Shown one piece after another: positions 1-12,683 of a stretch of 64,000 bases of DNA. Under the pieces are notes generated by a model. That model was not told the origin of the DNA, did not search any database, and saw nothing but the letters and a program-made list of their open reading frames with translations. The position numbers were made by a program, and so were the translations under genes. Source of the DNA: Gemmataceae bacterium (lineage in GTDB: Bacteria; Planctomycetota; Planctomycetia; Gemmatales; HRBIN36); the NCBI GenBank assembly GCA_040289265.1, contig PSKW01000012.1, forward strand, positions 11,900 through 75,899, read 5' to 3'. Every line of letters starts with the position of its first letter. Position 1 is the stretch's first letter.

Positions 1-778
1 CTCCGTCTTCGGGGGATACAGCGAACAACAGCTCAAAGTCTTCCCCGTCGTGCAAAGCGTGCTCCAAAGGCGATCGGCCGTCGTCGAACTGTTCGGCCTC
101 GGGGCGGATCGGCAGCAGGGCAGCTTCTACGCAAGCGCCGCAATCGCTTTCCTGGCACAAATGGGCCAGGTCCGTGGACAGTCCATCGCTGATATCTATC
201 ATCGCGTGCACTCGCACCAGGTCTACCAGCGTCAGTGCCTCGCGGACGCGCGGGGTAAACGTGAGATGATGTCCGAGCAGGCTGCCGCCGAGAGGACCGG
301 TAAGCAAAAGCCAGTCGCCCGCTTGGGCACCGCGGCGCCTGACCGGCCCGCGCGGCCCGCACTCGCCCAGTGCGGTGACCGCAATGACCAAAGGACCGGA
401 CCAACTATTGGTATCACCGCCCACGATCGGGATATCGAAGGCTTTGCTCAGTTCCTCCATGCCGAGGTAGAGTTCTTCGGCTACGGCACGGCCACCGACC
501 TGCGGCAAAGCCACGCTGACCACGCAGGCCACCGGCCGGGCCGCCATGGCGGCGAGATCGCTGAGATTGACCGCCAGCGCTTTGCGACCCACTCGCCGTG
601 CTCCCGCTTGCGCCAGGACAAAACAGGTCCCCTCCATGAGCATGTCGGTAGTGACCACCACACTGCGATCGCTCGGCCAAGTCAGAACTGCCGCATCGTC
701 GCCAGGACCGACGAGCACACGCGGATGAGCTACCCAGCGCTGCCTCAGCCAACGGATGTATGCCTGCTCTCCGTTCAC
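1..778 (-). CDS. thiL: thiamine-monophosphate kinase; C-terminal end cut off by the window edge
   Basis: It is absent from the ORF track because it runs off the window. My reverse-strand translation from a GTG at 778 (a TGA lies just upstream in frame) reads MNGEQAYIRWLRQRW..GPGDDAAVL..VVTTDMLMEGTCF..AVNLSDLAAMAA..IVGGDTNSW..MIDISDGLSTDLAHLC..DGEDFELLFAV. That is the ThiL/AIR-synthase-like motif order. The plus-strand ORF 50..913 is its shadow. Confidence 0.8.
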   Translation of the reverse strand, partial: MNGEQAYIRWLRQRWVAHPRVLVGPGDDAAVLTWPSDRSVVVTTDMLMEGTCFVLAQAGARRVGRKALAVNLSDLAAMAARPVACVVSVALPQVGGRAVAEELYLGMEELSKAFDIPIVGGDTNSWSGPLVIAVTALGECGPRGPVRRRGAQAGDWLLLTGPLGGSLLGHHLTFTPRVREALTLVDLVRVHAMIDISDGLSTDLAHLCQESDCGACVEAALLPIRPEAEQFDDGRSPLEHALHDGEDFELLFAVSPEDG

Positions 779-930
779 AAGCGGCTCTCCCGCACGTCGC
801 GCAGGCGATCACCGGGCTCGGCACTTGTCGTCCTGGTGGCCAACTTGCATACACGGCATCGGGCGCCAGACGGTAGCACCGTGCCCGCTGCCGGCTGGCC
901 TCGATTCTTATGACCCACCATCGGCGTTTC

Positions 931-1338
931 TCAGCTCAAAGGCCGTAACGATTTCCAGGGCTCTTCCTGGCTCATGTCAATCAAAGGCGGGCCTTGGATC
1001 TTGGCCGGCGACAAAATCGCCAGGAAACGCAACGTCGTCGGCCCGGCATTGTAAGTCCCATGCACTACGTCCCTAGGTATATGAGCAATTTCCCCGGGTC
1101 CGAGAATGCGCTTTTCGCGATCCACCCACTGCTCGGCGGTGCCTTCTAGAACGTAAATGATCTCTTCCATCTCCGGGTGACGATGGAAAGCATGTGCCTT
1201 GCCCGGGGGCATATGCACCCGGACCAATAAAAGCTTTTCTGCCTCGACGATATCCGGACGGCACAGCCAGTCATGGGGGCCCCAAGGCAGGTGCTCTACT
1301 TTCATCTCTTTTTCCGTCACAAAGCGCAAACTCGGCAT
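931..1338 (-). CDS. cupin-domain protein
   Basis: This is ORF 931..1395 trimmed to the ATG at 1338, which is preceded by AAAGGAG. It has the two cupin motifs HRHPEMEEIIYVLEG and GEIAHIPRDVVHG. Confidence 0.8.
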   Translation of the reverse strand: MPSLRFVTEKEMKVEHLPWGPHDWLCRPDIVEAEKLLLVRVHMPPGKAHAFHRHPEMEEIIYVLEGTAEQWVDREKRILGPGEIAHIPRDVVHGTYNAGPTTLRFLAILSPAKIQGPPLIDMSQEEPWKSLRPLS

Positions 1339-1657
1339 GGCCGCAACTCCTTTCCTCGTTGACTGGGCTTCTCGGTACGCTCTGTCCCTCCTCACGCAAG
1401 GTAACGGGCGGCACGGCCAAAGACAAGGGCCTACTCATTTGTCAGTCTGTTTTCTATTTGCGCCGAGACAATCTCCTGGAGCCGACGTACCGGTTTTTGC
1501 GCGAAATAGCGTTGCACGCGCAGCGACTGCTGCCCGCGACGGGGGTTTGCCCGCATCCTGCGCCAGTCGTCAAGACGATGAGATACACACAGGCGCGCCG
1601 ATTCCAAGCCATTGGAGCATAGCGACCGCCCAACCGAGCCAGACGCAGGAGGTATCA

Positions 1658-2725
1658 ATGGTCCCCTTGCGATATAGCCAATCCGCACCAAGGCAAAGAC
1701 ATGGGTGGCTGTATTGGTTCATTCTGGCAGTTGCCGGCCAATCGCCGGTGTCGGCAGATGTGCTCCCGCTGCGTCCCGGCGTATACCCCACGGTCGTCAC
1801 TCCCTGGTGCGATCGGGGCGTGGACGAGACTGCATTGGCGCGCGAGATACAGTATCAATTGGCCGGCGGCGTGCACGGTCTGTTGATCCTCGGCACCTTG
1901 GGCGAAGGGGAACTAGCGAGCGAGCACGAGCGGGCGCAGACGATACAAGTCGCGGTGCGCCAGGCATCTGGCCGCGTTCCCGTGGTCGTCGGCATCCATA
2001 CCTGCCGCTTGGAAACCGCTCTGACACAAGCCCAACAAGCTCAACAGCTAGGCGCCGACGCGCTCTTGGTCAAGTACATCGGCAAGCCCTGCGCCTGCTT
2101 TGCCGAGGTCTACGATTTTTATGCCCGTCTGGCTGCCGCGCAAACGCTGCCGCTCCTTTACTACCACTATCCCGCAGAAACGGGCCTGCGCTTGACCGCC
2201 CCTGAAATTGCCGCCATCTTACAAATACCCAATATCGTCGGCATCAAAGAGACATCCCTAGACCTGCAAGCTGTGCAAGTCCATTTGGCCGGAAACAAAC
2301 CACTTTTGGCCTTTTCGGGAACGGCGTTGAATCTGACCCAGTTTCTCGAGCGCGGCGGTCATGGCGCCATGTGCCCCGAAGCAGCTCTGCTGCCCCACTA
2401 CACAGCGGATGCATTTGCCCAATATCAGGCCGGCAACTACACCGCCGCCCGGCGCAGACAGCGCCAGCTGTTCGTCGTAGCGCCTCTGTGGCAAGATCGC
2501 CCCAGCTCGCCCCTAGCCACCCGTCTGGTCCTCCTCCCCGCCCAAGACCACTGCCTAGCCCTTCCCCTGCGTGTGACCTACCCACAGGCGCGCATGAAAG
2601 CTACCCTCGATGCGTTAGCAGTCCCTATGTCCGCCACGGTCAAGCCACCTCTACCGCCATTGGATCCTTGGGATCGTCTCAAAGTGCGTCTGGCCGTCGC
2701 CCGGATCTCGCGTCTAGAAGATTGA
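1658..2725 (+). CDS. DapA/NanA-family class I aldolase (dihydrodipicolinate synthase-like) with an apparent N-terminal signal peptide
   Basis: This is ORF 1199..2725 trimmed to the ATG at 1658, with AGGAGG 6 nt upstream. Family motifs are GTLGEGE, LYYHYPAETG and the Schiff-base lysine context IVGIKETS. The N-terminus GWLYWFILAVAGQSPVSA looks like a signal peptide. Confidence 0.75.
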   Translation: MVPLRYSQSAPRQRHGWLYWFILAVAGQSPVSADVLPLRPGVYPTVVTPWCDRGVDETALAREIQYQLAGGVHGLLILGTLGEGELASEHERAQTIQVAVRQASGRVPVVVGIHTCRLETALTQAQQAQQLGADALLVKYIGKPCACFAEVYDFYARLAAAQTLPLLYYHYPAETGLRLTAPEIAAILQIPNIVGIKETSLDLQAVQVHLAGNKPLLAFSGTALNLTQFLERGGHGAMCPEAALLPHYTADAFAQYQAGNYTAARRRQRQLFVVAPLWQDRPSSPLATRLVLLPAQDHCLALPLRVTYPQARMKATLDALAVPMSATVKPPLPPLDPWDRLKVRLAVARISRLED

Positions 2726-2850
2726 TTTCACCCGGAACGGACATCTACAACCCCGACCTCAGTTGAAAAAGCAGCGTATTGCATTTTGGGCACACTTCTA
2801 TTTTGCCAACCAGCCGCTATGAGCTAACGTACATGATGGAGAGGTAGGTC

Positions 2851-3210
2851 ATGAGTCAGGAAGCCAAGCCAATGCATCCGGCGCCTTCTCGGGAAAACCG
2901 GCGCGCGTGTCTGCGGCGCGAGCCACGTGGCCGCTTCAAAGTATGGTGTCGTAAGGGTAGCACGGGCCTAGGTCCCAATCTTGCCCTCGACTTGCTCGAC
3001 GTGTCCCAAACCGGCGCTTGTCTTGTGGTTCGCGAGCCCCTCGAACCAGGCCAAGAAGTGCATATCGCCTTGCTGGGACAGGGACACTTGCGGCCCGTCG
3101 TGACGCTAGCGGACATCATTCGGTGCAAATCACTTCCCGACGGACACTACGAGATCGGCGTCCGCTTTCGTAAGCTGCTCCGCTACGCTGACTTGCAGCA
3201 CCTTACCTGA
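2851..3210 (+). CDS. PilZ-domain protein (putative c-di-GMP receptor)
   Basis: It has the RBS GGAGAGG. An Arg-rich N-terminal motif (RENRRACLRREPR) is followed by LLDVSQTGACL (D-x-S-x-x-G), the two PilZ signature elements. Confidence 0.7.
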   Translation: MSQEAKPMHPAPSRENRRACLRREPRGRFKVWCRKGSTGLGPNLALDLLDVSQTGACLVVREPLEPGQEVHIALLGQGHLRPVVTLADIIRCKSLPDGHYEIGVRFRKLLRYADLQHLT

Positions 3211-3246
3211 CCACGCCGCCTGTGTCGGATACAGCCGCGGCGCAAC

Positions 3247-3585
3247 TTAATCCTGCGGCAAAATTTCTCGCCAATGAGCATTGATCGCGCCGTGTACCGC
3301 TGCCTGCGCCATCCTTTTGCCCAGGGCATTGTAGAACAGCACGCGCCGGCGTTCCGGTAGCCAAATAGCTTGATAACTCACCTGCCGCATCGCCTGCATT
3401 TCGAAGTACACCGCGCAAACTTGGCCCTGGCGTTTCACGAGCTTGGTGCGGATCGCCACTCGATCGGGATCGAACCGATCCGGACGGCACAACTCGGCTT
3501 TGACTTTTTCCACCAGCGTTGGATAATCGTCGCAGTCCAAAACCAAACTGATTTCGTCGGCTTTATTCCTCGGCTGGCGTACCAT
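3247..3585 (-). CDS. hypothetical protein
   Basis: This is ORF 3247..3627 trimmed to the ATG at 3585, which follows a G-rich stretch. Its composition is protein-like but I recognised no domain. Confidence 0.5.
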   Translation of the reverse strand: MVRQPRNKADEISLVLDCDDYPTLVEKVKAELCRPDRFDPDRVAIRTKLVKRQGQVCAVYFEMQAMRQVSYQAIWLPERRRVLFYNALGKRMAQAAVHGAINAHWREILPQD

Positions 3586-3860
3586 GATGCCCCCACCCCC
3601 TTGAACGCCACAGACTCCTATCGGCAAAGCCAGCTCTTTTCCTGCAGTTGACCGAGCCGATCCAGCCGCCGCGACGGAGTGTGCTCAATCCGCACAAACA
3701 GCACCTCACATCCTGTCGGCAAAATGGTTACAGCTTGCACCTACGGACTCAGTTTTCCTTGTGGAGAACGATTTCTTGCCCCACGGCAGTTTTTTTCCGG
3801 GGCAGATATGGTCCAATTGAAAGGGCGTACGACGACACTCGAGCAAGGGCTGCGTCTCCC

Positions 3861-6194
3861 ATGGCAAAAAGGACGATGAAAACGACGACATTGTTCGCCG
3901 GCATCTTGTTTGTTGCCGAACTTTTGTTGCTAGCAGCCTGGCTGACCGCGGACTTTGCCGATCCGCCCCGTCCTTTGGTGTATCCTGCCCGTACCCAGGC
4001 ATACAACTTGCTGGGCCAACCAGGCGCCTGGACTGCCTCCTATTTGCGCGAGACACTGGGTTGGACCACGTATCCGCTTTTTTGCCAGCTACTTGTGGTG
4101 GTCCTCTGGCTGCTTTTGCCGGCTCGCAGAACTAGCCTGATCTGGTCCTTAGTCGGTTGGACTTGGCTCGTTCCCGTGACCGCTTGGCTACTCCATGCCA
4201 TTGCCGCATTGACACCCAACACATTTCCTCCGCTGCCAGGCGGCCATTTGGGCCTTCTCTTGTACCAGGCGCTGGTACCTTTCCTCGCGCCCAGCGTGCA
4301 AGTAATTGTCGCAGGCTGCCTTTTCTCGGCCTTGGTCGTTCTGGCTGCCAAATCTTTCTGCCGCCGATCGTTCCAATGGCTCGGACACCTCGTAGGCTGG
4401 TACGCTCGCATGCTGCGAGATAGCCAGCCCGGCGGCACTGCTGAGCCACGATCGGTAGTCTATGGCGCCATCATCCGCCGATCTTCGACCCACACCGATG
4501 CTTCCTCGGAGAGACACCCAGACACGGGGAAATCGGCTTTGCCGCCCACTTCCGTTTTGACGAAACCACAAGTAGGCGCCAGTGCTTCCGCAAGCCCATC
4601 CGAAGCGTCCTCGGTTGACACAGGCGATCGAGCCACACCTGCGTGCCCGCTCCCTTTGGCTCGACAATCCTCGCCACCGGCATCGGTCGCCTCGGCCGGT
4701 CACCGACTTCCACCGTTGACTTTGCTCGAGGATGCCCCGCCTATGCCCCTTGCCGATCAGGAGCAACACTGGCAGCAGTGCGCGGCGCGACTGGAACAGG
4801 CGTTCGCCGATTTCGGACTCACAGTACGCGTAGTGGGGATCAATACGGGGCCCGTAATCACGCAGTACGAAGTCGCCCTGGAGACTGGCTTGCGGGTGCA
4901 CCGTGTGACCAGTCTGGCTGATGATTTGGCCCTCAAATTGAAAGTACCCAGCGTGCGTGTGGTCGCGCCCATCCCGGGCAAAGGAACAGTGGGTATCGAG
5001 ATCCCCAACGAGCAGCGGATCGTCGTGCGCTTGAAAGAAGTGCTCGTCGCCGCTCAGGATGCAGTGCGTCGCCAGCGCATCCCACTTTTCTTGGGCAAAG
5101 ATACCGAAGGCAAACCCCTAGTCTATGATCTTGCGGAAATGCCGCATCTGCTCATCGCTGGGCGCACCGGCACGGGCAAGTCGGTGTGCATGAACGCCAT
5201 CATCCTGAGCATCCTCATGACACGCCGGCCCGAAGAAGTACGCATGATCATGATAGACCCGAAAATGCTCGAACTGAGCGAGTACAGCCACATCCCCCAC
5301 CTCATGCATCCCGTGGTCAAAGACATGCGCAAAGCCGAAGCCATCCTGGCTTGGGCCGTGGACAAGATGGAAGAACGTTACGACCTGTTGTGTCGCGCCC
5401 GGGTCCGCAGCATCGCCGCTTACAACGATTTGCCTGCCGACGAAATCTATCGGCGCGTCCAACCTGCCGACGCCGAAGAAAAGGCCCGCATCCCTGCGCG
5501 CATGCCTTATATCGTGATTTTCGTAGACGAAATGAACGACCTCATGATGACCATGCGCAAGGAAGTAGAAGGACATATCATACGACTGGCGCAGAAATCT
5601 CGTGCCGCGGGTATTCACCTGGTGGTCGCCACGCAAAAACCCACAGTAGATGTCATCACCGGCCTGATCAAGTCCAACTTGCCGGCACGCATTTGTTTTC
5701 AGGTATCGAGCCGTTCGGATAGCCGAGTCGTCCTCGACGAGATCGGCGCCGAAAAGCTCTTGGGCAAAGGAGATATGCTCTTCCTCCAGCCGGGCACCTC
5801 AACCATCCTGCGTGCCCAAGGCACCTACGTCAGCGATACGGAAATCTCGCGCGTAGTCGAATACCTCCATAGCGAGCCGCGCTATGCCGCCGACTTGCTC
5901 CAACTCAGCTCCACCGCTTCAAGCGGTACCCCCTCTCGATCAGCTCTGGTGCGCGCCCGCGACGAACTCTACGAACAGGCGGTGGAAATCGTGGTCCGCG
6001 AAAGACGCGGCAGCGTCTCCCTCCTCCAACGCGCCTTGGGCATCGGCTACGGTCGTGCCGCTCGCCTCATAGATTTCATGGCCGAAGACGGTATCGTCGG
6101 TCCCTACAACGGGAGCAACGCCCGCGAAGTGCTCGTCACCCTAGAACAATGGGAAACCATGCGCCAGCGCGCCTCCCGTCCCCTCGCGTCCTGA
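3861..6194 (+). CDS. ftsK: DNA translocase FtsK/SpoIIIE
   Basis: This is ORF 3648..6194; the likely start is the ATG at 3861 (MAKRTMKTTTLFAGILF). It has N-terminal TM helices and a Ser/Pro-rich linker. The motor domain has Walker A GRTGTGKS and Walker B YIVIFVDE. The C-terminal gamma winged helix reads SVSLLQRALGIGYGRAARLID. Confidence 0.93.
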   Translation: MAKRTMKTTTLFAGILFVAELLLLAAWLTADFADPPRPLVYPARTQAYNLLGQPGAWTASYLRETLGWTTYPLFCQLLVVVLWLLLPARRTSLIWSLVGWTWLVPVTAWLLHAIAALTPNTFPPLPGGHLGLLLYQALVPFLAPSVQVIVAGCLFSALVVLAAKSFCRRSFQWLGHLVGWYARMLRDSQPGGTAEPRSVVYGAIIRRSSTHTDASSERHPDTGKSALPPTSVLTKPQVGASASASPSEASSVDTGDRATPACPLPLARQSSPPASVASAGHRLPPLTLLEDAPPMPLADQEQHWQQCAARLEQAFADFGLTVRVVGINTGPVITQYEVALETGLRVHRVTSLADDLALKLKVPSVRVVAPIPGKGTVGIEIPNEQRIVVRLKEVLVAAQDAVRRQRIPLFLGKDTEGKPLVYDLAEMPHLLIAGRTGTGKSVCMNAIILSILMTRRPEEVRMIMIDPKMLELSEYSHIPHLMHPVVKDMRKAEAILAWAVDKMEERYDLLCRARVRSIAAYNDLPADEIYRRVQPADAEEKARIPARMPYIVIFVDEMNDLMMTMRKEVEGHIIRLAQKSRAAGIHLVVATQKPTVDVITGLIKSNLPARICFQVSSRSDSRVVLDEIGAEKLLGKGDMLFLQPGTSTILRAQGTYVSDTEISRVVEYLHSEPRYAADLLQLSSTASSGTPSRSALVRARDELYEQAVEIVVRERRGSVSLLQRALGIGYGRAARLIDFMAEDGIVGPYNGSNAREVLVTLEQWETMRQRASRPLAS

Positions 6195-6233
6195 CTGCAA
6201 CTTGCTGGCCGCCTCGCTCGGTGTCCGCGCACC

Positions 6234-7850
6234 TCAATATCCAGCATCTTTTACAAAACTCCGGTCTCGCCAGCCCATAAAGCGACGGCAAACATAGACA
6301 TGGTGACTTGCCACTACAAATGGGCCAACCTTGGTCTCCACCCTATACGGGCCTTCTATATTCCCAAATGCCTGCCGTATAACATCGGTCATGTTTCCCA
6401 CATAGATCATTGTTGCGCCAGTGAATGCTTCTGCATCTTCGATCGGATTCGGCCTCCATAAATCATACTGACTGTGCCTTCCCCCCGCTGCAATGGCCAG
6501 CGAACAAACTGGCGGATGATCGGCCAAATAAAAGGCAATAATTCCTGGATAGGACCAGGACCCAGCCGCCAGGTAGGGTTCTATTCCTTCGTTCTGCAAT
6601 TCCTGACGCAGTTGGTTCACTGCTTGCGCCAAGTCGCGCCATCCTCGTAGCCGGTTGGTCGGATCCCAGCGCCGCGGCGTCGCCACCCAGCGGTATACCC
6701 CTGGCCATCCCTCGACACGCTCGGCGACCGCGTACAGGCGCCTGGTATCGAGCATGAGTACCGAGACGGTCGCCCCTACGATGCACGCGACTAGACTCCC
6801 CGTTATCCAAGTCGCTCTTTGCCATCGCCCCCATTGCGTCACCCGATCCCTCATCCACCAGGCCACGAGCACCGGCGCTGCCATGTACGCAGTGATCGGC
6901 CAATTTACCTCCACTTTTGTAGCCACAGAGAACAGCCCAAAAGCCACCCAGACACTTGCCGATACCGCAACGATCAACTTGACACCCGACGGCAGCCCTC
7001 GCTTCCACTGGCGCACGCACCAATATAACGAACCCATCCACGCTAGGAACCACCATCCCAATAACAACGCCCCCTGTTCCGCTATAAAAACCAGCGGCCC
7101 GTACCAGCGTATACCGCTCGTCTCGCGCACGCCAGCCTGCCGCCCGACATGCCATAGCGTCACCCATCCGTTCTCTGCATTCCAATACACGACAGGAACT
7201 GCACACACTAACGACATGCATATGGCTGCAAGTAGATACCGCACGTATGCGCGTTGCCACTTTACGTCGCAGACCAGATAGATCACAAGTCCCACATAAA
7301 AGAGCACCATAGTATATTTAGCCAAAAATCCGATTCCAATAATGGCTCCCAGCAGGACCCAATCACTCGGTCGTTCGTCTTCCACAGCCTTCACTGCTGT
7401 GTAAAGCGCCCACATCCACGCGCTTGTATAAGGGGCGTCAATGGTCATCAATAAACTGCCAGCGTGAAAAGCCGGCACCGTCAACGCACCTAAACATCCC
7501 GCACAGGCAAGCCACGGATTTTTTAAAACACGGAGGCCCAGCACGTAAAGACCGACTAGAGTCAAACTACTACATAGAAGTGCCGGCAGCCGGACGGCTG
7601 GCATCATGGAGCCGTAGCAAGCCTCGCACGCGTCGCCCCACGCATAGCACGACAGACCGATCAACCAAGCGACTAGAGGCCCTTTGCTGTAATAGCTCCA
7701 TTGCGGATGACGCGACCAATCCCAGTAATGTGCTTCGTCCGGCGACAATTCCAGGGCATTACCTGACGTCAGATACAACCATTTGGCAGCGACAGAACTG
7801 ACAACAAGAACTGCTACAAGTACGCCGCCGGCTTTCCTGCTCATGTGCAT
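6234..7850 (-). CDS. ArnT/PMT_2-like (GT39/GT83-type) membrane glycosyltransferase
   Basis: This 538-aa polytopic membrane protein has the N-terminal loop motif SPDEAHYWDWSRHPQWSYYSKGPL, typical of dolichyl/undecaprenyl-phosphate-sugar dependent glycosyltransferases. Confidence 0.8.
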   Translation of the reverse strand: MHMSRKAGGVLVAVLVVSSVAAKWLYLTSGNALELSPDEAHYWDWSRHPQWSYYSKGPLVAWLIGLSCYAWGDACEACYGSMMPAVRLPALLCSSLTLVGLYVLGLRVLKNPWLACAGCLGALTVPAFHAGSLLMTIDAPYTSAWMWALYTAVKAVEDERPSDWVLLGAIIGIGFLAKYTMVLFYVGLVIYLVCDVKWQRAYVRYLLAAICMSLVCAVPVVYWNAENGWVTLWHVGRQAGVRETSGIRWYGPLVFIAEQGALLLGWWFLAWMGSLYWCVRQWKRGLPSGVKLIVAVSASVWVAFGLFSVATKVEVNWPITAYMAAPVLVAWWMRDRVTQWGRWQRATWITGSLVACIVGATVSVLMLDTRRLYAVAERVEGWPGVYRWVATPRRWDPTNRLRGWRDLAQAVNQLRQELQNEGIEPYLAAGSWSYPGIIAFYLADHPPVCSLAIAAGGRHSQYDLWRPNPIEDAEAFTGATMIYVGNMTDVIRQAFGNIEGPYRVETKVGPFVVASHHVYVCRRFMGWRDRSFVKDAGY

Positions 7851-7895
7851 CCTTGACTATCGGCCTTCGTCAGCATCCGTGCCGACGACATCAGC

Positions 7896-9449
7896 CTACT
7901 TGTCCGATCGTCGGCGGGGATCGTCGCTATCGCCCAGAGTCTTCATACTGTGCTCGTTGCCGTCATAAGACAGAAGGGTTGGTTTTTCCTTCACAACAGT
8001 CTGTAGATGGACAGGCCGAGACCATATGTAGTGGATATTGGCCAGCGTGTCCTGAGCTTGTCTCAGGTGCAACTCCACGCCGGTGTATTCGTGCCGCAAA
8101 AGCAATTCGCCCCGGTTGCGATAATTGCCATCCACTACATAAATGAACGGCTTGCCAAAATTGGTCAAATTGAATAGCAGACGCTGTTTGATTTTCTCGA
8201 ACTCCCGCGATTCGATCACGAAGTTGTTCCCCTGCTCTTGATAGACATAGCTGAAATACTTGTGCTCTCGGCAGAAGTCCGGGGTCAAAAATGTGTCAAT
8301 GAACGTCACGTCGTTGTAGAGACGTCGGACTTCGAAGATCTTCTGCCGGCCCAGACCCAACTTTTTATCCCAGGTACGACGCATTTCCCAGTCGTCGCAC
8401 TCCTCCCATTCTTTACCGAACCGCCCAGTATTCCAACGATACTCGATGTCGCGGAATAGTTCGATGCCTAGCTTATAAGGGTTGAGTCGCATGCCATAAC
8501 TGGCCATAGTACCCGAATGATGATCGCAGTAGTCTACTACCTCGGATGGTTGGAGTGCCTTTTCCGTCATGATCTTGCTGTGCCAATAACTGGCCCAGCC
8601 TTCGTTCATGATCTTGGTCATGGCTTGGGGTGCGAAATAGTAAGCCTCCTCGCGAATGATGCTCAATATATCGCGCTGCCAGCCTTTGAGCGGGGCGTGC
8701 TCTATGAGGAACAGCAGGATATCTTTTTCGGGACGCTCCGGAAACTTCTTGGCGGTCTCTTCCTTGAGCCGCCGGCGTTTCTCTTCTTCCTCCTTGAGCA
8801 GTTGCGGAGGATTGATGTACTCGTCCATGTAGCTTTTGGCTTTCAGTCGCGCCGGCTGAACCGATTCGTCGTCCCGCTCTTGCTCCAGTGCTCCTTTCGG
8901 TCTGACTTCGCGCCGGCGAATAGCCACCGAATGCGGATCAATTAGATCCTCGATGGATTTACAACGGTCTATGAACTGTTCGACCTCGTCTTCGCCGTAT
9001 TTTTCTACATACCGGCGGATGCGCGCCCCGTGCTCCGCCATCTCATCTATCATCTTGCGGTTGGTATGGGCGAAATAGAGGTTGTTTTTGAAGAAGTCGC
9101 AATGGGCATATACGTGCGCCATCACGAGCTTTTGATCCACTATGTTGTTACTCCGCATCAAATATGCATAACACGGGTCGTTGTTGATGACCATCTCGTA
9201 TATCTTCGACAGGCCGTACTCGTAGCCGGTGCGCAGCTCCTCGTACGCCATACCGAAGGACCAATGCGGATAGCGCGTAGGAAACCCACCGTAGGCGGCG
9301 ATCTCATTGATTTCGTCCGCATCCAGAACCTCGAAAATGACCTCGTAAAAATCCAAGCCGTAGGCACGGGCATACGCTTCGATTTCCCTTTGCAGGCTGC
9401 GCAAGTGCTGCGGCAAGGTCGTATCGTAGGGAGTACCGATGAGGCTCAT
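7896..9449 (-). CDS. spoVR: SpoVR/YcgB family protein
   Basis: The 517-aa protein contains [42 protein letters not shown] and [13 protein letters not shown], typical of SpoVR. It is the third gene of a prkA-yeaH-spoVR arrangement. Confidence 0.9.
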   Translation of the reverse strand: MSLIGTPYDTTLPQHLRSLQREIEAYARAYGLDFYEVIFEVLDADEINEIAAYGGFPTRYPHWSFGMAYEELRTGYEYGLSKIYEMVINNDPCYAYLMRSNNIVDQKLVMAHVYAHCDFFKNNLYFAHTNRKMIDEMAEHGARIRRYVEKYGEDEVEQFIDRCKSIEDLIDPHSVAIRRREVRPKGALEQERDDESVQPARLKAKSYMDEYINPPQLLKEEEEKRRRLKEETAKKFPERPEKDILLFLIEHAPLKGWQRDILSIIREEAYYFAPQAMTKIMNEGWASYWHSKIMTEKALQPSEVVDYCDHHSGTMASYGMRLNPYKLGIELFRDIEYRWNTGRFGKEWEECDDWEMRRTWDKKLGLGRQKIFEVRRLYNDVTFIDTFLTPDFCREHKYFSYVYQEQGNNFVIESREFEKIKQRLLFNLTNFGKPFIYVVDGNYRNRGELLLRHEYTGVELHLRQAQDTLANIHYIWSRPVHLQTVVKEKPTLLSYDGNEHSMKTLGDSDDPRRRSDK

Positions 9450-9471
9450 GTGCCTTTCCTGCCCTGTCCTC

Positions 9472-10575
9472 TCATTTGCCAGTGCCTAGCAATTCTTTGA
9501 TGGATTTTACGATGGCCTCGCGATCCGGAATGCGGCTAGCGACGACGTTTTCTCTCTGCCGCGCCAGTTCGCGGATATAATCGTAGAATTCACCGCTCCC
9601 GTAAGGACTCTCCACCTGAGCGTATCCGAACAGGTTGACCTTGGCCAAGAAGCGACTTTTCAAGACGTCCATGGCCACAGGCGTATCGTCGCCCCAGTTG
9701 TCCCCGTCCGAAAAATGAAAGGCATAGATGTTCCATTCCTCCGGTGGATACCGTTTGGTCACGATTTTATCTGCTAGGTCATAAGCCGAGCTGATTTTGG
9801 TACCCCCCGACTCTCGTGTATGATAAAAGGTCTGCTCGTCCACTTCCTGTGCGGCTGCATCGTGCAATATATATACGCGCTCCACGCCCTTATAATGGCT
9901 GCGAATCCAGGTATCTATCCAAAAAGCTTCGATGCGCACTATTTCTTTCTGTTCGTCCATCATGGAGCCGGACGCATCCATCATATAAATGATGACCGCA
10001 ACGCTTTCCGGCAGCGGTATTTCTTTCCAACTGCGATATTGTTTGTCCTCGCGCACCGGGACTACCAGGGGCCGAGCGAAATCATAAGTGCCCGAGGCGA
10101 TCTGCCGTTTGAGCGCACGCTTGTAGGTGCGTTTGAAATGGCGCAACGATTCCGGGCCCGTCTGCCGAATGCCGGTATAACGCTCCTTGGTAGTGAGGAT
10201 ATTCTTTTTGCCTTTCGGCTCGATGCGGGGCAGTGCCAATTCCTCGCCGAGGATGTCTGCGAGTTCCTCGATGGTCAGCTCGACCTCGAGGATATGGGCG
10301 CCGGGAAGGTCGCCTGCGCGCTCGTTGCCTTCGCCCTCTTGAGGCGGGGTCAGGGCCTGTCCCGGCTCGCCGTCGCCTTGCCCCACGCCGCCCATACCGC
10401 GCGCGCCGTAGCGGAATTGAGGTATTTCGATCTGCTTGAGCGGGATGCTCACCAGCTCGTTTCCCCTTTTGCCGATGAACTCCCCGCGCGTGATATACTT
10501 GCTGAGGTTGCTTTTGATTTTCCCCCGCACGATGCGCCGAAAGCGCTGATAGTCCCGCTCGATTTTCTGACTCAT
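9472..10575 (-). CDS. yeaH: YeaH/YhbH family protein (DUF444)
   Basis: The 367-aa protein has the N-terminus RDYQRFRRIVRGKIK and a vWA-like MDASGSM (DxSxS) motif. It lies between prkA and spoVR. Confidence 0.9.
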   Translation of the reverse strand: MSQKIERDYQRFRRIVRGKIKSNLSKYITRGEFIGKRGNELVSIPLKQIEIPQFRYGARGMGGVGQGDGEPGQALTPPQEGEGNERAGDLPGAHILEVELTIEELADILGEELALPRIEPKGKKNILTTKERYTGIRQTGPESLRHFKRTYKRALKRQIASGTYDFARPLVVPVREDKQYRSWKEIPLPESVAVIIYMMDASGSMMDEQKEIVRIEAFWIDTWIRSHYKGVERVYILHDAAAQEVDEQTFYHTRESGGTKISSAYDLADKIVTKRYPPEEWNIYAFHFSDGDNWGDDTPVAMDVLKSRFLAKVNLFGYAQVESPYGSGEFYDYIRELARQRENVVASRIPDREAIVKSIKELLGTGK

Positions 10576-10605
10576 GGCGCACTCGACGTAGTTGACTTCA
10601 GCCGC

Positions 10606-12645
<2,040 letters not shown>

Positions 12646-12662
12646 GCTCAAGCCCTCCTAGC

Positions 12663-12683
12663 CGACGGTCGTACGGACCGTCG
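12663..12683 (-). promoter_or_regulatory. perfect 8-bp stem / 5-nt loop hairpin in the prkA leader, immediately 5' of the RBS
   Basis: CGACGGTC-GTACG-GACCGTCG was read directly from the sequence. On the minus strand it is followed by GCTAGGAGGGCTTGAGCATG. Its function is unknown. Confidence 0.3.

Noticed and set aside
50-913. A 287-aa plus-strand ORF at the window start.
   Set aside because: The opposite strand encodes a clean ThiL sequence that runs off the window. The plus-strand product has no recognisable features.
1431-1691. An 86-aa minus-strand ORF (or a 41-aa version, MRANPRRGQQSLRVQRYFAQKPVRRLQEIVSAQIENRLTNE) in the cupin/dapA-like spacer.
   Set aside because: The basic peptide superficially resembles a ribosomal protein but matches no family I know. 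It has no convincing RBS, and it overlaps the dapA-like start region.
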